A stretch of DNA of 64,000 nucleotides from an uncultured Lachnospiraceae bacterium (GCA_948470905.1 CAOKQK010000001.1:38055-102054); one strand, 5' to 3'. Counted from the first letter of the stretch, positions 50,200 through 60,808 are shown. The notes: generated by a model not told the origin, from the letters alone. Numbers and translations: made by a program.

Positions 50200-50948
50200 T
50201 TGACAGATTATCAAAGCAGTACAAAAACAAAATCTCGGTTGACCGTGTTTCCGCAAGGCTGCACAAGGGCGTACACGGACTGCTGGGTGAGAACGGGGCT
50301 GGCAAAACGACGCTTATGAGGATGATATGCGGTATCTTAAAGCCCACCGGAGGTACCGTCTCCTATGACGGGATTGACGTGAGCGAAGAAGAATACCGTG
50401 CGGTGCTGGGCTACCTGCCCCAGGATTTCGGATATTATCCGGAGTTTACGGGAATGGATTTCCTCATGTACATGGCGGCGTTAAAGGGACTTGGAAAGAC
50501 CCAGGCGAAGCGGAGGGCGGCGGAGCTTCTGCAGCTGGTGTCCCTGCAGGAGGTTGCCGGCAGGAAGATAAAGACCTATTCGGGAGGCATGAAGCAGAGG
50601 CTGGGGATTGCCCAGGCACTGCTGAACCGGCCCGGGCTTGTCGTGCTGGATGAACCGACCGCCGGGCTGGATCCCAAGGAGAGGGTGCGATTCCGCAGCC
50701 TGATCCAGGAGCTGGGAAAAGAGAGCATTGTGCTGCTGTCGACGCATATTGTGTCGGATGTGGAGCACATTGCCGATACGGTCCTGATCATGAAGAACGG
50801 ACAGCTGATCTACCAGGATAAGTGGGACGGCAGCAGGGGTAATCTTGAGGATTTCTATCTGCAGCATATCGGGGAGGGAACCGTAGCAGGGTGTGGAATA
50901 AGGAATGGGACGGAGGTTGAAGACAGGATTGGGGGAGATAAGTCATGA
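50187..50948 (+). CDS. ABC transporter ATP-binding protein
   Basis: GENGAGKTT, YSGGMKQR, LDEPTAGLD and STH. Confidence 0.92.
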   Translation: MELVIDRLSKQYKNKISVDRVSARLHKGVHGLLGENGAGKTTLMRMICGILKPTGGTVSYDGIDVSEEEYRAVLGYLPQDFGYYPEFTGMDFLMYMAALKGLGKTQAKRRAAELLQLVSLQEVAGRKIKTYSGGMKQRLGIAQALLNRPGLVVLDEPTAGLDPKERVRFRSLIQELGKESIVLLSTHIVSDVEHIADTVLIMKNGQLIYQDKWDGSRGNLEDFYLQHIGEGTVAGCGIRNGTEVEDRIGGDKS

Positions 50949-52162
50949 GTAATTTTGGCGCTTTATATCGTTATGAATGTAAGAAGCTGTTTGGCAGGAA
51001 GATTGTTTGGATTTCTTTTGGAATATGCGTGGCGGCGGTGATTCTTTCGCTGGTTGCACCTCTTTTGGGGGATTATTGTATCGACGGAAAGTTTGTGGGC
51101 ACAAATTCTGATATGTATCGGACGGATAAGGGTTATGCCAAAGCCCTGGACGGCAGGGTAATCGATCAGGGGCTTATGGAGGAAACCATAGGGGCGTACA
51201 GGAAAATCCCGCAGGCATTGGATGGGCATCACTATACGTACACAGAGGAGTACCAGCAATTTGCCCGTCCCTACAGTGAGATTTTCAATTTCATACGTCA
51301 GATGACAGGGGTGCAGACCTCGGAGCTTATGTGGTCCTGGGAGCCCAGTGAAGGGGACTTTCATGAGAGAAGGCAGGCATATCTGGCTTCCCTGTGGGCG
51401 GACGCCGGGCTTTCGGAGGGGGAGATGGATTATTGGAGAAGACGGGAAGCCCGGATTCGGACGCCCTATGTCTATCAGGAACACAGCGGCATTGACTACA
51501 TGTTTTCAAGTTATCAGACAGTAGGGCTTATGGTATTGCTGGTGACTGCCATATGCCTTTCCGGGATGTTTTCGGATGAGCATACCAGGAAGACAGACCA
51601 GATTATTTTGTGCAGCCCTCTGGGTAAGACCAGGCTCTACTGGGCGAAGATGGCGGCGGGTGTCAGCTTTGCGGCAGGCGGTGCGCTTATTTTGCTGATC
51701 TTTACCTTTTTGGCAACCATGTGCCTGTATGGGACGGGAGGCTTTCATGCCGCCTTTCAGATCATATATGCACTGAGTTCGGAGCCGCTCACCTGTGGGC
51801 AGGCGCTTTTGATCGCTTATGGATGCATGATGGCTGCGGCAGTCTTTATCAGTGCGTTTGTCATGGTTTTGTCCGAGCTGCTGCGCAGCAATATTGCTAC
51901 GCTGGCCGTTTCCACGGGGCTGCTGATCACAGCCATGATTGTCAATGTGCCGGAGCAGTACAGGGTGCTGGCGCAGATATGGAATTGGCTGCCATGGTGC
52001 TTCCTGACGCCCTGGAATGTGTTCGGGGAGTATACGCTGCCTGTATTTGGAGGATATCTGGCGGCGTGGCAGGCGGTGCCGCTGTTTTATCTCGCAGCTG
52101 GAATGATTATCGTGGCTGTGGGGAAACCGGTATATCAGAAATTCCAGGTCAGCGGGAGATAA
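50945..52162 (+). CDS. ABC-2 type permease
   Basis: N-terminal TM, large external loop, FSDE motif and 5 C-terminal TM segments. Confidence 0.85.
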   Translation: MSNFGALYRYECKKLFGRKIVWISFGICVAAVILSLVAPLLGDYCIDGKFVGTNSDMYRTDKGYAKALDGRVIDQGLMEETIGAYRKIPQALDGHHYTYTEEYQQFARPYSEIFNFIRQMTGVQTSELMWSWEPSEGDFHERRQAYLASLWADAGLSEGEMDYWRRREARIRTPYVYQEHSGIDYMFSSYQTVGLMVLLVTAICLSGMFSDEHTRKTDQIILCSPLGKTRLYWAKMAAGVSFAAGGALILLIFTFLATMCLYGTGGFHAAFQIIYALSSEPLTCGQALLIAYGCMMAAAVFISAFVMVLSELLRSNIATLAVSTGLLITAMIVNVPEQYRVLAQIWNWLPWCFLTPWNVFGEYTLPVFGGYLAAWQAVPLFYLAAGMIIVAVGKPVYQKFQVSGR

Positions 52163-52751
52163 AGGAATTTTAGCCTGTGCGGGCGGACGGATTCTGCAGC
52201 GGGTTACAGTTCACATGTCAATGTCAGTTAGTTAAGCTAATGGGTTAGATTCCTTCAAGGGGTCTAACCTAACACCCCATTATGGGAAAATGAGGTTTCT
52301 TCCGTTCATTCGGCAAATGTAAAAAGGATGATTGACCTGGTAGATGCTGAAATAACCGGAACAAACCGCCTGCTTGAAAGCTGCACTGCCAACACATGAC
52401 ACGTGTTCACAGGTAAGGCACCTGCGCCGTGGGGCTATTGCATATCATCAAAAAAATGACTTGCATATTGTATTATGCTTCTTTTCTGTGCTATACTTCT
52501 CATATACAGATATTCCGGCTTGTTAAATAGAATGTAATGTGATATTTTTTAAATATCGGGATAGTGTCAAATGACTTATGAAAAAGCTGAGTCTAAAAAA
52601 TAGGCGCTATCGAACCTTGAAAATTGCAGATAATATCGGACAGCAGGGGGAACATATGAAAACTTTGAAGCTGACAGGGATTGTCCAAAAATAATTTGTA
52701 TAGAAGACGAAGAATAAATCTGTACAGGCAAGGCGGAAGAAGGAGGCAGAT

Positions 52752-53492
52752 ATGAGATTGGTATTGATCAGGCATGGCGAGAGCGTATGGAATATGGAAA
52801 ACCGTTTTACGGGGTGGACGGATGTGGAGCTTTCACCCAAGGGTATGGAGGAAGCGGCGGAGGCCGGAAGGATACTGCGCGAAAAGGGCTTTGATTTCGA
52901 CATTTGCTATACGTCTTATTTGAAGCGTGCCATACACACGCTCAATATTGCACTGGATGAAATGGACCGCCAGTGGCTTCCGGTAGTAAAATCCTGGAAG
53001 CTGAACGAAAGGCATTACGGGGCGCTGCAGGGTCTGAATAAATCGGAAACGGCGGAAAAATACGGCGAGGAGCAGGTCAGGATATGGAGACGTTCCTTCG
53101 ATGTGCAGCCGCCTGTCCTGGATAAGGAGGATGAGCGCAATCCCCGCAGAGCAGCCGCATATTCCCGGGAGACGGAGGATATGCCCCTGGCGGAGAGCCT
53201 GAAGGATACGATTGCCCGTGTGGTGCCATATTATAATGCTGAGATCAAGCCTCAGATGGAGAGCGGCAGAAATGTCCTAATCGTTGCTCATGGAAATTCC
53301 CTGCGCGCCCTGGTGAAGTACTTTGAGAATCTTTCAAATGAGGAGATCATCGGTGAGAACATTCCCACAGGTACGCCCCTGGTATATGAGTTTAATGAGA
53401 ATTTTGAGGTTGCGGATAAATATTACCTGGGAGATGAGGCCGCCATTCAGGCAAAGATGCAGAGCGTAGCCAACCAGGGGAAAGCAAAGTAG
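52752..53492 (+). CDS. gpmA: 2,3-bisphosphoglycerate-dependent phosphoglycerate mutase
   Basis: RHGES.WN..NRFTGW, LNERHYG.LQG and AHGNSLR. Confidence 0.97.
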   Translation: MRLVLIRHGESVWNMENRFTGWTDVELSPKGMEEAAEAGRILREKGFDFDICYTSYLKRAIHTLNIALDEMDRQWLPVVKSWKLNERHYGALQGLNKSETAEKYGEEQVRIWRRSFDVQPPVLDKEDERNPRRAAAYSRETEDMPLAESLKDTIARVVPYYNAEIKPQMESGRNVLIVAHGNSLRALVKYFENLSNEEIIGENIPTGTPLVYEFNENFEVADKYYLGDEAAIQAKMQSVANQGKAK

Positions 53493-53591
53493 ATTGTATT
53501 TGATGCCTTCCCCCAGGCGGTTTACTTTTGCCTGCGGGAAGGCGGGTAAAAGAGCGAAATGGAATAAAGATTTGGAGGCGTTCAGGGGATT

Positions 53592-53900
53592 GTGGGTAAA
53601 ATTCTGGATGAAGGCTTAGTTTATGAAATCCTTTCCGTTGTCGGGGAAATACCCGAAGGGAGGGTGGCTACATACGGACAGATTGCCCGGCTGATCGGCA
53701 GGGATAAAAATTCGCGTCTTGTGGGAAAGGTACTGAGCATGTCTGAGTATTACGGACAATATCCGTGTCACAGGGTGGTAAACCATGCAGGGCGGCTTGT
53801 CCCCGGATGGCGGGAACAGAAGTCCCTGCTGGAGTCCGAAGGCGTTACCATGAAAAATGAAAGCCATGTGGATCTGAAAAAGCATCAGTGGGATTGCTGA
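53592..53900 (+). CDS. Small MGMT/ATL-family alkyl-DNA-binding protein
   Basis: IPEGRVATYGQIA and PCHRVV; GTG start with RBS ggagg. Confidence 0.85.
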   Translation: MGKILDEGLVYEILSVVGEIPEGRVATYGQIARLIGRDKNSRLVGKVLSMSEYYGQYPCHRVVNHAGRLVPGWREQKSLLESEGVTMKNESHVDLKKHQWDC

Positions 53901-53917
53901 CAGACGAAGGAGGCGCT

Positions 53918-54448
53918 ATGGTTTATACATCATATTATGTCTCGCCTGTGGGGCAGATTTTGCTTGCGGCAAAGGATGACGCGCTTGTAGGGCTGTGGAT
54001 AGAAAACCAGAAGTATTTTTTCGGTTCTTTAAAAGATGAGCAGGAACGCCAGGAGGATCATCCGGTTTTGATAAAGGTCCGGGGCTGGCTTGACCGGTAT
54101 TTCAGGGGTGAAAAGCCTGAGATAACAGAACTGAAGCTTGCACCGGCAGGCAGTGAATTCCGCAGGGCGGTGTGGGGTGCCCTCTGCCAGATCCCATATG
54201 GAACAGTGACAACCTATGGGGAAATTGCAAAAAAAGTGGCAGAGAAGCTCGGGAAGGGACAGATGTCGGCGCGGGCGGTGGGAGGCGCCGTCGGGCATAA
54301 TGGGGTTTCCATCATTATACCCTGCCACCGTGTGGTGGGAGCAAATGGGAGCCTGACCGGATATGCAGGAGGGATTGACAGGAAGATAAAGCTCCTGGCG
54401 CATGAGGGCGTGGACATGGGGAAGCTTTGCAATCCGTTGAAACAGTAG
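53918..54448 (+). CDS. ogt: Methylated-DNA--protein-cysteine methyltransferase
   Basis: IPYG..TYGEIA, ARAVGGA, IPCHRVV and LTGYAGG. Confidence 0.93.
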   Translation: MVYTSYYVSPVGQILLAAKDDALVGLWIENQKYFFGSLKDEQERQEDHPVLIKVRGWLDRYFRGEKPEITELKLAPAGSEFRRAVWGALCQIPYGTVTTYGEIAKKVAEKLGKGQMSARAVGGAVGHNGVSIIIPCHRVVGANGSLTGYAGGIDRKIKLLAHEGVDMGKLCNPLKQ

Positions 54449-54520
54449 ATTAGAATGATGTAAACGAACTATTTAAGTGTCGGAGCTTAAGGATAACCTG
54501 CATCCATGCGAAATGGATAA

Positions 54521-54577
54521 AAATATGGGGCTGTTGCACTGGCATTTCAAAAAATAAGGTGCAACGGTCCCATATTT
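54521..54577. terminator. Bidirectional terminator / REP-like hairpin between convergent genes
   Basis: aaatatggggctgttgcac ... gtgcaacggtcccatattt. Confidence 0.75.
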
Positions 54578-54597
54578 ATGATCAACCTTTCTGAAGG

Positions 54598-55587
54598 CTA
54601 TCTTACATCGTTTGCGCTTTCCTTTCCCGCTTCAAAGTCTACGGCGTTCTGCAGGGTGGTGCCTGCGATGGCGGCAAGAGCTTCTTTTGTGAAAAATCCC
54701 TGATGGGAGGTTATCACTACATTGGGGAAAGAGAGCAGCCTTGCGGTGGTGGAGTGCTCCAGGATTTCGTCGGAGCGATCCTCGAAGACATTGTTTGTTT
54801 CTTCCTCATACACGTCCAGTCCCACGCCCGCGAATTTGTGCATCCGGATGCCCTCGATCAGGTCGTTGGTCTTGACCAGCGCGCCTCTGGAGGTGTTTAC
54901 CAGGATGACGCCGTCCTTCATCTGTCGTATAGTGTCGATATTTATTATGTGGAAAGTATCGTCTGTCAGAGGACAGTGCAGAGAAATGACATCACTGTCA
55001 GACAATAGCTTTTCCAGAGAGACATATTCTGTAAAGGCTTTCAGAGATTCATTTTGATATACATCATAGGCGATGACCTTCATGCCAAAGCCGTGACAGA
55101 TACGGCACATTGCGGCGCCAATCTTTCCTGTTCCTATGATGCCGGCGGTTTTCTGGTAGAAGTTGAATCCCATCAGCCCGCTCAAGCTGAAATCGTTCTC
55201 GCGGACCTTGTTGTATGCCTTGTGCAGGCGGCGGTTGCTGGCCAGGGCGAGAGCCATGGCATGTTCCGCCACTGCCTCCGGAGAGTAGCCGGGCACACGC
55301 ATGACGCGAATGTCATATTTTGCTGCCGCCTCTAAATCCACATTGTTAAAGCCTGCACAGCGCATCAGGATCAGACGGATGCCTTTGGAGTGCAGGATTT
55401 CCACTGTGTGTGTGCCCACATCGGAGCTGACAAAAGCGCACACTGCGTCGAAGCCCTCCGCAAGGGCGGCGGTCCTGGAATCCAGGTCAGATTTGGTGAA
55501 TTCAATGGAAATGCCGGGAAAACTTTTCAGGATCTCCTGGAAAGATGTCTCGTCGTAACTTTTTGTGTCATAAAATAAAATACGCAT
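54598..55587 (-). CDS. ldhA: D-lactate dehydrogenase / D-2-hydroxyacid dehydrogenase
   Basis: RCAGFNNVD, YSPEAVAEH, GTGKIG, NTSRG, LDVYE.E and SHQGF. Confidence 0.9.
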   Translation of the reverse strand: MRILFYDTKSYDETSFQEILKSFPGISIEFTKSDLDSRTAALAEGFDAVCAFVSSDVGTHTVEILHSKGIRLILMRCAGFNNVDLEAAAKYDIRVMRVPGYSPEAVAEHAMALALASNRRLHKAYNKVRENDFSLSGLMGFNFYQKTAGIIGTGKIGAAMCRICHGFGMKVIAYDVYQNESLKAFTEYVSLEKLLSDSDVISLHCPLTDDTFHIINIDTIRQMKDGVILVNTSRGALVKTNDLIEGIRMHKFAGVGLDVYEEETNNVFEDRSDEILEHSTTARLLSFPNVVITSHQGFFTKEALAAIAGTTLQNAVDFEAGKESANDVR

Positions 55588-55947
55588 AGCTGCATTGACC
55601 TCATTTCTGCGCCTGTGGCGCTTTTTGCTTTAATCCTTACGCCATTTATATATAGCAGGAAAAATTTGCCGTTGCAGATACCTGTGGGAAGTTTTTGTGC
55701 AACAGACATTTCTAATATAGTATCTCCTAAATGATAGAAGCGCAATCCTGATTTTGATCTTTAATATAGATTTTTGTGATTATTCGCAACGGTCCAGACA
55801 GCACCTTCCACGAAATAAAAATTGCAGGACACAAATATTTGTATAATATAGCGGATTATGTTGCGGATTTACGGTATTGTGTTATAATAATTATACATAT
55901 GCTGAACATCAGGTAAGGACATGGCCTGATATAATGACAGGATCAAA

Positions 55948-57639
55948 ATGGATTTGGAATTTGAGGCTGTATATAAGGGGAGTATGGGTATGCAGGATGT
56001 TTTAAACAATGAATTATATGAGGCATTTGCGCAGGCGTCTGAAATCGTATATATTTACGTATGTGACATGAAAACGGACCTGACAAGGTGGTCGGAGAAT
56101 GCGGTGGATTATTTTAATCTGCCCGGAGAGTATATCTATAATACCGCGGAGGTCTGGATGCAGCATATTCACCCCGATGACAGGGCCGTTTATCTGGAGG
56201 ATATCAGTGCTGTGTTCGGCGGAACGAGGGCAAAGCATAACTGCAAGTACCGTGCCCTGAACAAATATGGCAACTATGTGTGGGTGGAATGTAAAGGCAG
56301 CGTGATCAAAGATGGGGACGGCGCCCCGGCAGTCTTTGCGGGGATTATGACAAGGCTTGACGGGCAGAATAAGTATGATTTCCTCACGAACCTCATGACC
56401 CTGAACGAGTTTTATCAGAACGATTTTTCTGTGGGAAGCGGGGCTGTGATGCTGATGGGGATAGATGACTTCAGGAAGGTCATAACCAGCCGCGGATATG
56501 AGTTTGGGGACAATGTGCTGGTGAATCTGGCGAAGCTGTTCCAGTCGGCGTGCGGGGATGAGATGCAGGTATACCGCTTTGGTGGGGACGAGTTTTTGAT
56601 CGTGAAGCGGGATGGCACCCTGGAGGAGATGACCGCCCTTTTCGAGAGGATATCAGGGGAGGCTGACGAACTGAAGGCTTCGGACGGTCAGATGCTTCAT
56701 ATTGAGTTTTCCGGAGGCTTAAGCTTCTATCCGGCGGACGGGACTACCAAAGAGAAGCTGATCAACAAGCTTGAAAATTCCCTGGGCTATGCAAAGCAGT
56801 ATAACCGCGGGCATTTGGAGGTTTTTAACCAGGAGATTGCCGAGCATCAGAAGAGGGCACAGCTTTTGCAGGAGGATCTGAAGAACAGCATCCGTAATGA
56901 TTTCAAAGGTTTTGAGCTGTATTTTCAGCCGCTTGTGGAGAGGGAGGACCAGAGCATCATCGGATGTGAGTCCCTGCTTCGCTGGAAAGGCGAACATATC
57001 AAGGATTCATGTCCGATGGAATTCATAAAGGTGCTGGAGGATCATGGCGATATTCAGGCTGTAGGCCAGTGGGTCATGGAGCAGGCGCTCCTTCACCAGA
57101 AGAAGTGGCAGGAGAAATATCCGGGCTTTCATGTGAGCTTTAACGTTTCTTATCAGCAGTTCATGAACGAGCATTTTGTGGAGGCATTGATCCAAAAGGC
57201 GAGAGAAACAGGTGTGGAGACAAACAATATGATAGTGGAGCTGACGGAGAGCAGCGAGGTGGAGGAGGCGGAAAGCCTTGCCCAGGTGTTCCGCAGGCTC
57301 AGGGAGGAAGGTTTTACCATTGCCCTGGATGATTTCGGCACGGCATATGCTTCTCTGCAGATGCTGATGAATCTGCCTGTGAATTATATCAAGATTGAGC
57401 ATTCCCTTGTGAAAAACCTTGCGGAGCCGGGGCATGAGAACGATTATATTATCATTGAGAACCTTCTGTCTCTGTGCAGAAGGCTTGGCTGCAGTTCCGT
57501 GGTAGAGGGTGTGGAAAATGAGGTGATAGAGAATGCCGTAAAGAAGACAGAGGCGACCTATCTGCAGGGCTATTACTATTCCAGGCCCATACCGGAGGCG
57601 GATTTTGACGCGATGCTTGAGAAGAACCGGGGCAGGTAG
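55948..57639 (+). CDS. PAS-GGDEF-EAL protein (probable c-di-GMP phosphodiesterase)
   Basis: PAS IHPDD; FGGDEF; EAL-domain motifs ESLLRW, ELTE, DDFGT, EGVE and QGY. Confidence 0.9.
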   Translation: MDLEFEAVYKGSMGMQDVLNNELYEAFAQASEIVYIYVCDMKTDLTRWSENAVDYFNLPGEYIYNTAEVWMQHIHPDDRAVYLEDISAVFGGTRAKHNCKYRALNKYGNYVWVECKGSVIKDGDGAPAVFAGIMTRLDGQNKYDFLTNLMTLNEFYQNDFSVGSGAVMLMGIDDFRKVITSRGYEFGDNVLVNLAKLFQSACGDEMQVYRFGGDEFLIVKRDGTLEEMTALFERISGEADELKASDGQMLHIEFSGGLSFYPADGTTKEKLINKLENSLGYAKQYNRGHLEVFNQEIAEHQKRAQLLQEDLKNSIRNDFKGFELYFQPLVEREDQSIIGCESLLRWKGEHIKDSCPMEFIKVLEDHGDIQAVGQWVMEQALLHQKKWQEKYPGFHVSFNVSYQQFMNEHFVEALIQKARETGVETNNMIVELTESSEVEEAESLAQVFRRLREEGFTIALDDFGTAYASLQMLMNLPVNYIKIEHSLVKNLAEPGHENDYIIIENLLSLCRRLGCSSVVEGVENEVIENAVKKTEATYLQGYYYSRPIPEADFDAMLEKNRGR

Positions 57640-57706
57640 GAGCCGGGAGCCAGGGGGGTCAGCGACCCACGCGGGGTATCTGGCCTGCATTTGCAAGGGC
57701 GGTGAA

Positions 57707-58381
57707 ATGGCTTATAGAATATTGATCATTGACGATGATACCGAACTTCTGACAATGCTGAAAAAATTTTTTGAGATCAGAAGATATGAAGTGATGACAG
57801 CCGTAAATGGCATGGAAGGGTTAAAGAAAGCAGGATTGCAGCCGGATATTATCCTGCTGGATGTAAATATGCCTCTGGTTGACGGCATCGAGGTATGCCG
57901 CAGGATACGGGACAAGGTAGCATGCCCCATTTTGTTCCTGACGGCAAGGGCAGAGGAACAGGACCGGGTCAACGGGCTCTTGTCAGGGGGGGACGATTAT
58001 ATTTTAAAACCGTTCAGCCTGAAAGAGCTGGATGCGAGGATAACGGCGCATCTGAAGCGGGAGGAAAGGCGCGGGGACAAAACGGCGTTCTGCTTTCAGG
58101 GGGAAGTGTCCATCGACTATAAGGCCAAGACCGTGCAGATTCATACGGATTATCTGGAACTGACCAGGCTGGAATATGAGATTATTGAGTTCCTGTCCAT
58201 GAACCCGGGGATTGTCTTTGACAAAGAGAGGATTTATGAGAAGGTATGCGGATATGACGCGGAAGGCGACAGCAGGGTGATCACGGAGCTGATCCGCAGG
58301 ATCAGGAAGAAAATGCAGAAATATACAGGGACAGAATATATTGAGACAGTGTGGGGGATGGGCTATCGATGGAAAAAATAA
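57707..58381 (+). CDS. OmpR-family response regulator
   Basis: IIDDD, LLDVNMP, LTA, KPF and winged helix IETVWGMGY. Confidence 0.93.
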   Translation: MAYRILIIDDDTELLTMLKKFFEIRRYEVMTAVNGMEGLKKAGLQPDIILLDVNMPLVDGIEVCRRIRDKVACPILFLTARAEEQDRVNGLLSGGDDYILKPFSLKELDARITAHLKREERRGDKTAFCFQGEVSIDYKAKTVQIHTDYLELTRLEYEIIEFLSMNPGIVFDKERIYEKVCGYDAEGDSRVITELIRRIRKKMQKYTGTEYIETVWGMGYRWKK

Positions 58382-59547
58382 GAAATCTTTCCCTGAGAAG
58401 GAGCATTCTTCTGTATATGGGGATTGCTGTATTCTGCAGTTTCATTCTCTCCGCAGCGATTGTCAGGACTGCCGGACGGGCGCAGATAAGGATCTGGCAG
58501 AAGTATTCGGGTGAGATCCCTGAGCCGGATCCCTATGGGGTTCGCGAATCCGTTTCTTACGAAATTTCCCGTCCCGGCTTCTATGAAATGACCCCCTCGG
58601 ACCGGGTCCTGTCGGAACTCTGCGACTTCCTCCAGACCTATACCATACTGCTACTGTCCATTGCGGGGATTGCCATTGCGGTATTCTTTTTTTACCGGGA
58701 TAAAATAAAACGGCCCACCGAGGAGCTGGAACGGGCATCCCGGAATATTGCCGTAAATAATCTGGACTTTCATATCACCTATGAGAACCGGGACGAGATG
58801 GGCAGGCTCTGCCGTGAGTTTGAGCGAATGAGGGAGCAGCTGGCGGAGAATAACAGGGCATTATGGAGAAATGTTGAGGAGGAAAGGGCGCTTCGGGCGG
58901 CAATTGCCCATGACATACGTTCCCCGCTGTCCGTGCTGAGGGGCTATCAGGAAATGCTGCTGGAGTATCTGCCGGATGGGACCATCAACGGGGATGAGGC
59001 AATGAAAATGCTCTCGGAAAGCATGGTGCAGATTGAACGCATGGATGTCTTTGTGGAGACCATGCGCCGTCTGAGCAGCCTGGAAGAAAGAACGCCGGCC
59101 GCCGGGGAGATTACCGCGGATCAGCTGGGGGCGGATATGCAGGCGGAGCTGGACATTTTGCAGAAAAAGTCCGGGAAGCATATTATCCTGCAGGTATTGT
59201 CATCTGATGAAATATTTTGCGGAGATAAGGAAATGATTCTGGAGGTAGCGGAAAACCTGCTGTCAAACGCCCTGCGCTATGCAGAGCGGCAGGTGGAGGT
59301 TATTGTCAGGGCGGCATACTCCGAATTGCGGATCTGTGTCAGGGACGATGGGTCCGGTTTCCAGGAAAGCGCGGAGGAGGTCACAAGGCCTTTTCACCAG
59401 CAGAATGTGAAAGACAGCCTGAAACATACGGGAATGGGAATGTACATCAGCAGGCTGTACTGCGAGAAGCACGGAGGGGAGCTCATCCTGGAAAATGACG
59501 GACAAAGAGGAGCCGTGGTGACGGCAATATTTCAACGGATTGCGTGA
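58369..59547 (+). CDS. HAMP sensor histidine kinase
   Basis: Two TM segments, HAMP, HDIRSPL, NLLSNALRY, DDGSGF and GMGMYI. Confidence 0.93.
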   Translation: MEKIRNLSLRRSILLYMGIAVFCSFILSAAIVRTAGRAQIRIWQKYSGEIPEPDPYGVRESVSYEISRPGFYEMTPSDRVLSELCDFLQTYTILLLSIAGIAIAVFFFYRDKIKRPTEELERASRNIAVNNLDFHITYENRDEMGRLCREFERMREQLAENNRALWRNVEEERALRAAIAHDIRSPLSVLRGYQEMLLEYLPDGTINGDEAMKMLSESMVQIERMDVFVETMRRLSSLEERTPAAGEITADQLGADMQAELDILQKKSGKHIILQVLSSDEIFCGDKEMILEVAENLLSNALRYAERQVEVIVRAAYSELRICVRDDGSGFQESAEEVTRPFHQQNVKDSLKHTGMGMYISRLYCEKHGGELILENDGQRGAVVTAIFQRIA

Positions 59548-59559
59548 GCAATCCGTTTT
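59534..59559 (+). terminator. Terminator hairpin overlapping the kinase stop codon
   Basis: aacggattgc-gtga-gcaatccgtt followed by a T-rich tract. Confidence 0.7.
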
Positions 59560-59594
59560 CTGTTGTCTTTTTGTTGTGATTTCCCCTTTATGAT
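59559..59594 (+). promoter_or_regulatory. Putative OmpR-type tandem binding site plus -10 box
   Basis: tctgttgtctt/tttgttgtgat 11-bp direct repeat followed by TATGAT, upstream of the ABC operon. Confidence 0.45.
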
Positions 59595-59674
59595 GATCAG
59601 GAGCAGCTCTTGAAAGATCTGTAATCTTTCAGAAAACAGGCTCAAAAAAATGGTGGCAGAAAAGGGGGAAAAAT

Positions 59675-60808
59675 ATGTTGTCAATCCTGGAAAGAGAGGT
59701 AAAAAACTATTTGAAGAATCCTCTGTTCTGGATAGGGGCTTTGATTGTTGTACTTGGCGTATTTCAAAACGTAAGACCCTATCTGGGCATACATTATCTG
59801 GCGGAGGGGGAGGAGATCGTCAACGATTATCCGGACTCGTTCCGATCGGCGGAGGTTTATGAAGGGTATGTGCCGTCCACAGAGGAACAGAGGATGGAGC
59901 TGTGGCGGGAGAAAATCAGGGACACCCTGATTACCGCCTTTGAAATGGACATGGCAGAAGCAGATGCCGTCATCGAAGAAATGACAGAGAGAAGCATGCT
60001 TGATGGCGCAAGCGGGATAACGGCAGACAGCGGTGGAACAGGCGGGGGTAATGGGATGGATATCCCTGCAGCCTGCGAGTATCTGGAAAAGGAGTATCGC
60101 TTCTACGGGGCATATTCTTCGTATGTGGACAGCGCGTATCATAAGGGGACAAGGGAGGAGATTAATGCCTACATTGCGGATAACCTGCAAGACAAGACCT
60201 TTTCTTATTATTTTTCCAGGAAGTTCGCCGACTTTGCGGGGCTGTTCATGGTACTCTTTGCATCGGTCATGCTGTCGGCTCTATTCTTCCAGGACACCAG
60301 GAAAAATACCTATGAGCTGCTTCATACCAAGCCTGTCAGCGCAGCCGGGTATGTGGGCGGGAAAATCGGGGGAGGCTTTGCCGGCTGCCTTATGGTATTG
60401 GCAATCCTGAACCTGGTCTTCTGGCTGCTGTGCTCTATGGCGGTGAAAGACAGTGGTTTCCAGGTGAGGCTGTCTGACTTCCTGTGGGCCGCCTGTCTCT
60501 ATATCCTGCCCAGTATGCTGATGATCGTAAGCGTTTACAGCCTGGTCTCACTTCTGTTTAAGAGCCCTCTGCCCGCGGTGCCGTTTCTGTTTCTCTATAT
60601 TGTGTATTCCAACATGGGGAGCCGGAATGAACAGGGCATATATGGGTATTACGGCAGGCCGCTGGCGATCATGGTGCGTTTCCCGGGGGATTTTTTTGAT
60701 GCCTCTCCGCCGCCGATGGTTTTGCTGAATCAGGGCTTTTTGGTCTTGGCATCCATAGGAATTATTCTGGTCTCGATACAGGTGTGGAAAAGGAGGCGTG
60801 TCTATTGA
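59675..60808 (+). CDS. ABC transporter permease
   Basis: N-terminal TM, external loop, YELLHTKP and multiple TM segments. Confidence 0.8.
   Translation: MLSILEREVKNYLKNPLFWIGALIVVLGVFQNVRPYLGIHYLAEGEEIVNDYPDSFRSAEVYEGYVPSTEEQRMELWREKIRDTLITAFEMDMAEADAVIEEMTERSMLDGASGITADSGGTGGGNGMDIPAACEYLEKEYRFYGAYSSYVDSAYHKGTREEINAYIADNLQDKTFSYYFSRKFADFAGLFMVLFASVMLSALFFQDTRKNTYELLHTKPVSAAGYVGGKIGGGFAGCLMVLAILNLVFWLLCSMAVKDSGFQVRLSDFLWAACLYILPSMLMIVSVYSLVSLLFKSPLPAVPFLFLYIVYSNMGSRNEQGIYGYYGRPLAIMVRFPGDFFDASPPPMVLLNQGFLVLASIGIILVSIQVWKRRRVY

Noticed and set aside
55774-55789. Rex operator upstream of the lactate dehydrogenase (ttgtgattattcgcaa)
   Set aside because: Two bases shorter than the 18-bp Rex consensus; not supportable.
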